Of a stretch of 64,000 nucleotides of DNA, positions 26,938 through 34,884 are shown in pieces; positions within the stretch are counted from its first letter, which is position 1; each line of letters begins with the position of its first letter. Source of the stretch: an uncultured Collinsella sp. Lineage in GTDB: Bacteria > Actinomycetota > Coriobacteriia > Coriobacteriales > Coriobacteriaceae. The DNA lies in assembly GCA_958407995.1 (NCBI GenBank), contig CATYJU010000007.1:1005-65004 (forward strand). Direction: 5' to 3'. Under the pieces are notes generated by a model. That model worked only from the letters and a program-made list of their open reading frames with translations, searched no databases and was not told where the DNA came from. Position numbers and translations under genes: made by a program.

Positions 26938-27342
26938 CTATTCCGCCTTTTTAACGCGTGGCTTGCGGCCGCGCGGCTTATCGACCAGTGCGGACTCACC
27001 GCTCTCGCGGTACTGACGGCACCAAGCCTTGACCGAAGACTCGCTGGGAATCTTGTGCTTGATCATGGCCTCGCGAACCGTCAAGCCGTTTTCCAGACGG
27101 TCCTTAACCACAGCGAGCTTTACGTCGTACGAATAGGTGTGATGATGCGAACCGGCATTGAGAACGGCGTCGGCACCGCCCACGGCATACGCGCGGGCCC
27201 ACTGACGAGCCGTGGCCTGGGGAATGCCAAGCTCCGCGGCGAGGGCGCGATGGCCGACCCCCTCTTGGAGGATCTCGACGGCGCGCTGCCTAACCTCGGG
27301 CGCATGCGTGCGAGTCCTAGTTGCTTCCGACATACCTGCCAC
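26938..27342 (-). CDS. IS3-family OrfA-like double helix-turn-helix protein (orphan; no OrfB/DDE gene adjacent).
   Basis: 134 aa containing PEVRQRAVEILQEGVGHRALAAELGIPQATARQWARAY...LTVREAMIKHKIPSESSVKAWCRQYRESG...KPRGRKPRVKK. It is a paralog of the 35317-35832 product. Confidence 0.65.
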   Translation of the reverse strand: MAGMSEATRTRTHAPEVRQRAVEILQEGVGHRALAAELGIPQATARQWARAYAVGGADAVLNAGSHHHTYSYDVKLAVVKDRLENGLTVREAMIKHKIPSESSVKAWCRQYRESGESALVDKPRGRKPRVKKAE

Positions 27343-27663
27343 TTCTTAGCCTTAACCGTTAATCTGCTTTCTTACGTGCAAGTTAGATAGTAGCATTTTA
27401 CTGTTTGCTCAAAGCAGTTAATTAAAATAGACGCGGCGTTATCTGGGCATTTGGCACCAAATTACGACATTTCTTTATCGATTATTTACGCTGGTAGCTG
27501 ACTCGCAGCTAATCGTCATTCGCTTGTCAACAAAATTGACATCTCTTTATGTCCTTTGGTATAGAGGATATAGTTATTAACCCCTCCCCCAATAATTTTG
27601 AGTGATCTGCAAGGCAGTAGACGTCCTCACTCCTCATGATTACCTCGCATTGCCATCCACCGG

Positions 27664-27707
27664 AGCAAAACAAAAAGGGCGGGACCTGCTGCCCTTGCAG
27701 GCCCCGC
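27664..27707 (-). terminator. Intrinsic terminator after the OYE/FAD oxidoreductase gene.
   Basis: The stem is GCGGGACCTGC/GCAGGCCCCGC with one mismatch. On the minus strand it is followed by a T-rich tract (CCCTTTTTGTTTTGC). Confidence 0.6.
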
Positions 27708-27782
27708 ACCGGTTGACACCCGACGGGACACAGCCGGGCGAGACGGATCCGTGCTACCGCCCCGCCTGGCCGCGATGTTCAA

Positions 27783-29819
27783 CTACAGCTCGTTGGCCGC
27801 GTGATATGCCGTGCGAATGGCGCTCGCGATGTCGGCGGTGTACTCGCCCGAGCAGTCTCCCACGTAGGTCACGGGCACCGTCACGCCATCCAGGTCAAAC
27901 GCGTTGGCCTTGGAGCCCACGGCCATCACCACGTAATCGCAGGCGATCTTCACCGGCTCCTCGGCGCCGTCCTCGGTGGTGCGAACAGCCTCCACGCCCT
28001 CGTCGGTAATGGCGGTCAGGCGGGTCTTCACGTGCTGCTCCACGTTGTGCTCGGCAAAGTCGCTCATAATCAGCGGCAGAATGGTCTCGGACTCGCCCGC
28101 GGCAATCTTGTCGAGCATCTCCACGATCGCCACCTCGCAGCCGTGCTGCAGCAGGTACTCGGCAGTCTCGGTGCCCACCAGGCCGCCGCCAATGACGGCG
28201 ACGCGGCCCGTAAGCTCCACCTTGCCGGCCAGCACGTCCCAGCTCGAGACGACCTTGTCCGAGTCGGCACCCGGAACGGGGATGACCACGTCGTGCGCGC
28301 CCACAGCCACAATCGCGGCATCGGCGGCGTTGAGGTCCTCTGCCGTAGCGACGTGGCTGAGCTCAACCTTCACGCCAAGGCCAGGCAGAATCTTCTCGTA
28401 GTACTCGACCGAGCGCATGATCTCGTCCTTGCGCGGAGGCGCAGCCGCCAGCACAATCTGGCCGCCCAGATGATCGCTCGCCTCGTAGACGGTCACGTCG
28501 TAGCCGCGCTTGGCCGCCACGCGCGCGGCCTCCAGGCCGGCAATACCGCCGCCCACCACGGCGATCTTCTTGTCGCCCTCGCCCGGCTTGATGGCGATGG
28601 TCGCCTCGTCGCCGTTCTCGGCATTGAGCACGCACGAGATGTACTTGCGGTTTTGAATCGCGTCGACGCAACCCTTGTTGCAGTTGAGGCACTCGCGGAT
28701 GGGCTCGCCCGTGGCGGCCTTCAGCGCAATGTCGGGGTCGCACATGAGCGAGCGGCCGTAGGCGATGATGTCGGCGGCGCCGTCTTCCAGAATCTTCTCG
28801 CCGGCCTCGACCGAGACCACGCGGCCGACGGTTGCCACCGGCACGGAGACCAGGGCCTTGACGCGCTCGGCCACGGGCAGCGTCCAGTTGTAGGGCATGG
28901 CGCCCATGGGCGGAATGGTGTCGCCCATGTTGCCGGTGTGGTTTGCCTGTGCGACCTGGATCATGTCGATGCCCGCACCCTCGAGCAGCTTGGCGAACCC
29001 GCATGCCTCGTCGGGCTGCAAGCCACCCTTGCCGCGCGGCGTGCCGTCGGGGTTCTCCATAATCACGGGGAGTTTGTACTCCACCATCAGCTGCGGCGCG
29101 GCTTCCTTAATGGCAGCGACGACCTCCAGCGCGTAGCGAACGCGGTTCTCGAACGAACCACCGTACTCGTCGGTGCGCTGGTTGAGGATGGCCGAGCACA
29201 GCGAACCCACCAAGCGGTCGCCGTGGACCTCGATGGCGTCGATGCCGGCCTGCTGTGCGCGAGCGGCCGAGGCAGCGATGGCCTCCTTAATCTGGGTGAG
29301 CTGCTCTACGCTCGCCTCGTTCACAAAGTGCTGCATGTCGTGATGCAGCTTGGCGTAGGCCTGGTTGCGGATCTCGTTGGACTCGGCCATCTTGGCGGCA
29401 AAGGTCTCCTCGTCGCCGGCGGCCTTGGCCTCCTGCGCGGCCTTGGCGGCAGCCATGGATCCCATGACCATGCGGCCGACACCGGGCACGTCGTACTCGG
29501 GGTGGAACAGCTGCAGCGCGACCTTGGCGCCGTGTTTGTGGACGGCGTCGGCCAGGGCCTTAAACGTGGGGATCTGAGCGTCGGTCGCCAGCTTGGGCGT
29601 GGGGCTTGCGGTCATGACGGGAGCGACGTCGCCGATGACGATGTAGCTCACGCCGCCACGAGCCAGACGCTCGTAAAAAGCCAGGCTGCGCTCGCCAATG
29701 GAACCGTCGCGCTCCTCGTAGCCGGTGGTCAGCGGCGGGAACATAATGCGGTTTTTGAGCTCAAGGGGGCCAACCGTAATGGGCTGGAGCAGCTTGGGTG
29801 CAGGTGCGGTCATGGACAT
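27783..29819 (-). CDS. NADH:flavin oxidoreductase (Old Yellow Enzyme TIM barrel) fused to an FAD/NAD(P)-binding domain (2,4-dienoyl-CoA reductase / enoate reductase family).
   Basis: 678 aa with an OYE-like N-terminus (LKNRIMFPPLTTGY...IEVHGDRLVGSLCSAILNQRTDEYGG). The Cys cluster is CLNCNKGC. Two Rossmann motifs are present (VVGGGIAGLEAA, VIGGGLVGTETA). Confidence 0.85.
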   Translation of the reverse strand: MSMTAPAPKLLQPITVGPLELKNRIMFPPLTTGYEERDGSIGERSLAFYERLARGGVSYIVIGDVAPVMTASPTPKLATDAQIPTFKALADAVHKHGAKVALQLFHPEYDVPGVGRMVMGSMAAAKAAQEAKAAGDEETFAAKMAESNEIRNQAYAKLHHDMQHFVNEASVEQLTQIKEAIAASAARAQQAGIDAIEVHGDRLVGSLCSAILNQRTDEYGGSFENRVRYALEVVAAIKEAAPQLMVEYKLPVIMENPDGTPRGKGGLQPDEACGFAKLLEGAGIDMIQVAQANHTGNMGDTIPPMGAMPYNWTLPVAERVKALVSVPVATVGRVVSVEAGEKILEDGAADIIAYGRSLMCDPDIALKAATGEPIRECLNCNKGCVDAIQNRKYISCVLNAENGDEATIAIKPGEGDKKIAVVGGGIAGLEAARVAAKRGYDVTVYEASDHLGGQIVLAAAPPRKDEIMRSVEYYEKILPGLGVKVELSHVATAEDLNAADAAIVAVGAHDVVIPVPGADSDKVVSSWDVLAGKVELTGRVAVIGGGLVGTETAEYLLQHGCEVAIVEMLDKIAAGESETILPLIMSDFAEHNVEQHVKTRLTAITDEGVEAVRTTEDGAEEPVKIACDYVVMAVGSKANAFDLDGVTVPVTYVGDCSGEYTADIASAIRTAYHAANEL

Positions 29820-29960
29820 TCCTCTCTTGTAGGCGCGGCGGCGATGATGCCGCGTAGTTGTCTAGAGGATATGGCATGGGAATACAGCAGCGCAACGGAA
29901 ATCGGCGGACGGCAGGTAGCGGCAGGTGGATGGGGATGGGCGGGGCGGCCCGTCGGTTTA

Positions 29961-30257
29961 TCTCAATCTGTAACAGTTACGCGGCAAAACCGGGTCTTAC
30001 TGTTACAGATCGAGACATTCCTCTCGGCCCATCCTCAACAATCTAGATCTGTAACAGCTAGGCCCACTTTTGGCCCCTATCTGTTACAGATCGAGACAAA
30101 CCAAACCCGCCTGCTAGAAAATCTAAATCTGTAACAGTTACTCGGCAAAATCCGTCCCTCGTGTTACAGATTTAGACAAACACGACCCAACCCACCGGTA
30201 TATCTCGATCTGTAACACCTAGCCGCCCAAATCGGATCTAGATGTTACAGATTGAGA
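29961..30257. repeat. Family D tandem array: 4 units of a 55-bp hairpin (TCTNNATCTGTAACAG - 23 nt - CTGTTACAGATNNAGA) at an 80-81-bp period.
   Basis: The units are at 29961-30015, 30042-30096, 30122-30176 and 30203-30257. The same family recurs at 59137-59272. Confidence 0.85.
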
Positions 30258-30305
30258 TTTTGTTTGGGAAGTTGAGAGCTGGGTCGAAAACATTGACCCG
30301 CAATA

Positions 30306-30337
30306 ACAAAAAAGCTCGTCGGCTAGGCCGACGAGCT
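30306..30337 (-). terminator. Intrinsic terminator just downstream of the partial tRNA copy (the ancestral tRNA terminator).
   Basis: On the minus strand, AGCTCGTCGGC-cta-GCCGACGAGCT is followed by TTTTTTG. Confidence 0.7.
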
Positions 30338-30343
30338 GCAAGT

Positions 30344-30394
30344 TCTTGGTCGCGGGGGCAGGATTTGAACCTACGACCTCCGGGTTATGAGCCC
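30344..30394. repeat. Island attachment-site direct repeat: a duplicated 3' 48 nt of tRNA-Met plus 3 nt (a partial, non-functional tRNA copy).
   Basis: This 51-bp stretch is identical base for base to 41861-41911. The sequences diverge immediately outside the repeat. Confidence 0.9.
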
Positions 30395-30684
30395 TTTCCC
30401 GATGAGTAAAGCATATTATTCCGATTATAACGCTTGTGTTTCTTTTGTGGCTCTGACCTGCGGCTTTTAGTCAATCTCGATAAATCTCGCACAACCACGC
30501 GAAACCGCGTAGCCCTGCCGATTCCCCCCGATTTCCCCCATTTCCGTTCGCCCCGTCTAACAAATCCCCCCCCTGATACAATTCGCGCTAGAAGGGGGCT
30601 CCGAGCAGCCCCCTCGACACCGGGCCGCGCGGCCCCTCTTCCACACCACGGGCCGCGCGGGATACGTGAGGGAAAAGGGAGGCC

Positions 30685-32233
30685 ATGCCGAAGGTCACGG
30701 GCTGCGGCGAGATCGAGGAGATCGAGCGGGGCAAGGTCCACAGGATCAGGCACCATCTGGGTAAGGACCCCGCCACGAGGAAGTACATCCGCTCCCCGAA
30801 GAGGACGGTGCACGGCACCAAGTCGGACGTGAGGCGGGCGCTCGAGGAGTACCGCCGCGAGCTGGAGAGTGGGTTCGCCAACCCCGACAAGGTGACGGCG
30901 CCCGAGCTCGGGTGGAGGTGGCACGAGCAGCGCAAGCTCCTCAAGAACCTCTCGCCGCTCACGCACAAGACCGACGAGTGCGAGCTCAAGAAGGCGGAGC
31001 GGTGGTTCGCGGGAGTGCTCGTGAGCGACCTGTCGCTGCTCAACATGGTCTACGCGGACCCGCGCGAGGAGCACGGCATGTCGCAGCGCGGCGTCCACAA
31101 GCTCAACGCCGTCATGTTCAGGTGATGGACCTCGCCGTGAAGGAGCACCTGACCGAGCACAACCCCTGCCGCGACGTCGAGGTCTCGCGCCCGCGCTCGG
31201 CTGAGAGGACCCCGCTCACGCTCGAGGAGGCGATCTCGCTCTGTCAGGCGCTCCACGGCGACGAGCTCGACGACAGGCGCGTCGCCATCTGGCTCGCGCT
31301 CGCGACCAGCGTGAGGCGTGGCGAGGCGCTCGGCCTCACGTGGCGCTACGTGGACTTCGACAACATGCGGGTGTTCATCAAGTACCAGTACACCGAGAAC
31401 AAGGCGCTGCGCGAGACCAAGAACCGCCGGTCGCGCTGGATCGCGATCGACGACGGGACGGCGCGGTGTACCTGCGCACCTGGAAGGCCGTGCAGGTGAG
31501 GCGGATGCAGGTTCAGGGCCTCTCCCAGACCCCGAACACCCCGATGTGCTCGGACGGCGACTTCGGCTTCCACGACCCCGACAACTTCTCGACGTGGCAG
31601 AGGGGCTACTTGATCGAGCACGGCCTCGGCAGGATGGAGGAGGCCGAGGAGGGCGGCCGCAAGCGGAGGCGCTACGTCGGCTACGACTTCCACGAGCTGA
31701 GGCACACGCAGGCCACCTTCCTGATCGGCAACGGCATCGACCCGAGGAGCGCGCAGGGGAGACTCGGCCACGAAGTGTCGAGCATGACGATGGACGTGTA
31801 CGCGCACATGATGGGAGGGAACGACCGCGAAGCCGCCGATCTCATGGGGAGGCTGCTGCGAACCGGAGGCGGCGGGCAGGAGGCCCCGGGCGAGGAGGCG
31901 CGCGCCAATCAGGCGGCCGGGGAGCCGGTGAGGCTCACCGTCGTCGGGCCGAACCCGGACCTCTGCCCCTGTCCCGGCGCGAAGCTCGTCGAGCGCGAGG
32001 TCGTGCGCGACGGCCGCGCCGCCTGGGTCGAGGAGTGGCGGATCACGGCGTCCTCGGCCGCCGATCTCCTGGAGATCCAGCGCGGGGCGGGCGCGCCCAT
32101 CACCATCGACGGGAGCCGGATCACCGTCATGGCGAGGAAGGCTTGGGGCCGACGTCGCCACGACGAAGCACACTCCCTCCCTAACGTCAGAGGTCATCGC
32201 CGCTGGACCGGCAGGCGACAAAGCTCAGGATGA
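30685..32233 (+). pseudogene. Tyrosine recombinase/integrase split over three reading frames (two apparent frameshifts).
   Basis: Frame 1 covers 30685-31125 and ends ...HKLNAVMFR*. The frame starting at 30912 continues with VMDLAVKEHLTEHNP...SVRRGEALGLTWRYVDF...RWIAIDDGTA. The frame starting at 31340 continues with AVYLRTWK...HELRHTQATFLIGNGIDPRSAQGRLGHEVSSMTMDVYAH. The catalytic R, H-x-x-R and Y are all present but lie in different frames. Confidence 0.8.
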
Positions 32234-32266
32234 TAAAATGCTTTCGACGCAGGAGCGTCCCCATCT

Positions 32267-33238
32267 TTGAATCGAGGAACCATGAGCGATTTTGATGCCG
32301 AGAACGAATCGGTCGAAACGAGCGCGCCGATAGCCCTGGTCGATTCCGCAAACATAGAGACCCTAATCCATACCGTCCGTGGGCAGCAAATCATGCTCGA
32401 CACCGATCTCGCTCGGTTATACGAGGTAGAGACAAAGAATCTCAACCGCGCCGCCGCACGCAACGCCGACAGATTCCCCGAGGACTTCCGTTTTCAACTG
32501 ACCAAGGAGGAGGACGAGTCTTTGAGGTGCCAAATTGGAACCTCAAAGACCATGGAGGGCCGCGGCGGGCGGCGTTACCTCCCCTATGCCTATACCGAGC
32601 AGGGCATAGCCATGCTGTCCGGCGTGCTACGCAGCGAAGTGGCGGTGCAGACCAGTATCAGTATCATGAGGGCGTTTGTCGCCATGCGCCACTTCCTCGC
32701 CGAAAATGCCACCCTGTTTGAGCGGCTGCGCGGTGTCGAGTTGAGTCAGGCGGCGTTTCAGCAATCGACCGACGAGCGTTTCAACCAGGTGTTCCGCCTG
32801 CTCGAAGGCAAGGTAGAGAAACCCCAGCGGATCTTCTTCGCCGGGCAGATGTTCGACGCCTTCAGCCTGCTGACAGATCTCGTGGGCCGCGCCGAGCGCG
32901 AAATCTCCCTCGTGGATGGCTACGTAGATGTCCACACCCTGAACGTCCTCGCAAAGAAGCGCAAGGGCGTCGCGGTGACCGTCTACACGTCCGGCAACCG
33001 GCTCACGCAAGGCGACGTCGACGTGTTCAACGCACAGTACCCGCAGCTCACCGTCCGCCGCACCAGAACGTTCCACGACCGCTTCCTTATCCTCGACAGT
33101 GCGACCGCATATCACATCGGTGCATCCCTCAAGGACGCGGGAAAGAAATGCTTCGGCATAGACCTCATCCAAGACGAGGAGCTGACGAAGATGCTCATCG
33201 AGAAACTAAAGCTCCTCGATGAGCATCAAACGGCTTGA
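32267..33238 (+). CDS. ORF6N (KilA-N-like DNA-binding) domain protein with a C-terminal PLD/HKD-like domain.
   Basis: 323 aa. The N-terminus reads IHTVRGQQIMLDTDLARLYEVETKNLNRAAARNADRFPEDFRFQLTKEE...YAYTEQGIAMLSGVLRS. The C-terminus carries an HKD-like motif, FHDRFLILDSATAYHIGASLKD, with Arg in the Lys position. Confidence 0.75.
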   Translation: MNRGTMSDFDAENESVETSAPIALVDSANIETLIHTVRGQQIMLDTDLARLYEVETKNLNRAAARNADRFPEDFRFQLTKEEDESLRCQIGTSKTMEGRGGRRYLPYAYTEQGIAMLSGVLRSEVAVQTSISIMRAFVAMRHFLAENATLFERLRGVELSQAAFQQSTDERFNQVFRLLEGKVEKPQRIFFAGQMFDAFSLLTDLVGRAEREISLVDGYVDVHTLNVLAKKRKGVAVTVYTSGNRLTQGDVDVFNAQYPQLTVRRTRTFHDRFLILDSATAYHIGASLKDAGKKCFGIDLIQDEELTKMLIEKLKLLDEHQTA

Positions 33239-33309
33239 GCGTTATCCGACCTCTAGCCACAAGCCCTAAAGTTTGAGCATGATCGCTGAAAGCCTCGTTA
33301 GTCAACATG

Positions 33310-34299
33310 TCAAAGCAGGCCCTGGTCCGCAAGCCTTCGATAATGCTTGCCGAGGAGCGTCAACCGGCAGGACTTGCTCTCCATCGCCGCGTTCCACATA
33401 TGGTCGGCGCCAACTGGAACCAGAAGACCATGCCGGTTGTATTTCTGGAGCAGAGAGAACACCAGGTTGTTCCTGGGCTCTGCTGGAGGCATAGCGTCTG
33501 TTCTTCCCTCGTCCCTTGGCTCATACGACGGATCCAGCCTGTATTCATAGTCCTCTGTTGGGAAGAGCTTTTTCAGCTTCCGCAAATCATCGAGTGAGAT
33601 TGCGGGATCGACTTCGCGCAGCGACACGAAGCTGTCCGTGTTCGTTTTGAAAACGGGTCTTTGGTCCCACATGCCAAGCGATTGATCGATGTGCGCATAG
33701 ACGCTGCCCGGCGTGATGCTGCCCGTCAGGTTCGCCGCAGCACCCTCTAGGGCGTTTATGAGGAGACTTGTAAAAACGCCATGCCCCTTACGCTCAAGCG
33801 AGGGCTGATCGCTTCGCGAGGCGGTGAGTATGGTGACGCCCTCCGAGATTGCGGCATGGTTCTCCATGCCCGGGACCGACCCTGCCGCCCCCGAATAGCA
33901 GCTGTCAAGGATAACGATTCTGTGGCGCGCGCTCGAGCCGTTCGCCAGATCAACGAGTTCCCTCAGAGAGAGCCCCTCGTCTCCCCGAGTGGAATCAGAC
34001 CCATTGATAAACCCGCCGGTTGACTCGATATACCCGTGTCCAGAAAAGTAGAAGAGCGCTATTTCGGCTTTTGACTGAAACAGCCTGCGCGCCTCATCTT
34101 TGATTGCAGCGCGATTCACGACATGGTCTGGGCCGGTTGCATACAGCTCCTTGCAGTCAAAGTTTCTGCTCCGAGAGGAATCCCCGTTGCGCTTGAGGAG
34201 GCGCGCGACCTCCTCGGCATCGTTCACGCAACCCGAAAGATTTGGTATGCGCTTGTCAGAATAGTAGTTAACTCCAACTACTAGGGCCATTCTGTCCAT
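33310..34299 (-). CDS. Caspase-like peptidase (C14 family) with a ~100-aa C-terminal domain of unknown function.
   Basis: The start is taken at MDRMALVVGVNYY (ATG 34299, with AGGAG 7 nt upstream). The catalytic His sits in FYFSGHGY and the catalytic Cys in VILDSCYSGAA. The longer track ORF (to 34461) overlaps the upstream gene. Confidence 0.85.
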   Translation of the reverse strand: MDRMALVVGVNYYSDKRIPNLSGCVNDAEEVARLLKRNGDSSRSRNFDCKELYATGPDHVVNRAAIKDEARRLFQSKAEIALFYFSGHGYIESTGGFINGSDSTRGDEGLSLRELVDLANGSSARHRIVILDSCYSGAAGSVPGMENHAAISEGVTILTASRSDQPSLERKGHGVFTSLLINALEGAAANLTGSITPGSVYAHIDQSLGMWDQRPVFKTNTDSFVSLREVDPAISLDDLRKLKKLFPTEDYEYRLDPSYEPRDEGRTDAMPPAEPRNNLVFSLLQKYNRHGLLVPVGADHMWNAAMESKSCRLTLLGKHYRRLADQGLL

Positions 34300-34309
34300 C
34301 GCCCAGCTC

Positions 34310-34678
34310 CTACAGACTGTCGATGAAATCTTCGATATGGCTCCAGGTCCATGAAACCGTGCGTACACCGGGAAGATCAGTTCGGTCATCGCTATACGCC
34401 CAGATTCCCAGCACCTTCTTCCCCTCCTCGCGCGCGCAGCCGATTTCCCACTTTTCCCCACTTGAGCTCAACGAGTTCTTGCTTACGAGCGCAATCACGC
34501 CGTCGGAGCGCTTGATGCGAGTGCGGACCTTCTCCTTCCAGGCGGTTGCGTACGGCTCCTTGACCGACATATCGATATACTCGAAGGGCGACTTCGTGTT
34601 GAGCGACTGACCCTTCAGAAAATCGCGTTGACGTTCGTCCTCGATTGCAAACGCAACGAATACCGTCTTCTTTTCCAT
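34310..34678 (-). CDS. Stand-alone TIR-like domain protein (ThsB/DUF1863-like), 122 aa.
   Basis: The start is taken at MEKKTVFVAFAIEDERQRDFL (ATG 34678, RBS GAAAGGTGAG). The motifs VFVAFAIED and SSSGEKWEIGCAREEGKKVLGIWAY are present. The track ORF extension to 34909 has non-protein-like composition. Confidence 0.8.
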   Translation of the reverse strand: MEKKTVFVAFAIEDERQRDFLKGQSLNTKSPFEYIDMSVKEPYATAWKEKVRTRIKRSDGVIALVSKNSLSSSGEKWEIGCAREEGKKVLGIWAYSDDRTDLPGVRTVSWTWSHIEDFIDSL

Positions 34679-34836
34679 AAATCTCACCTTTCGCATATAA
34701 AAACAGCTCCTTATCAGTATAAACCTGACCGGTTGCGATTCTCCACCGGAGCGATCCACCTCATTACCGCGCCCATCTGCACGTCGCAAGGATCCCACCT
34801 CCAGCGGGCTCCGATAAAAGTGGGGAGTGGAAAATA

Positions 34837-34884
34837 CTACGACATCCCATGTCGCAGTAAATGTCGTAGCAACGTCGTAGTAAA
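34837..34884. promoter_or_regulatory. Three tandem 12-mers (ATGTCGCAGTAA ATGTCGTAGCAA CGTCGTAGTAAA) preceded by an inverted copy (CTACGACAT), ~170-205 nt upstream of the TIR-like gene.
   Basis: Read directly from the sequence at 34837-34845 and 34849-34884. The function is unknown. Confidence 0.4.

Noticed and set aside
29961-30257. The regularly spaced repeat array could be mistaken for a CRISPR array.
   Set aside because: The conserved parts are inverted arms of a 55-bp hairpin rather than direct repeats. The 'spacers' (loops and linkers) are related to each other. The period is 80-81 bp with only 4 units, the same structure recurs at 59 kb, and no cas genes or leader are present.
30385-32221. 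The minus-strand ORFs 30385-31098 and 31346-32221, and the plus-strand ORF 31318-32184, across the integrase region.
   Set aside because: They are Arg/Pro/Gly-rich with no motifs, and they are antisense or out of frame to the clearly recognisable (though frameshifted) tyrosine recombinase sequence.
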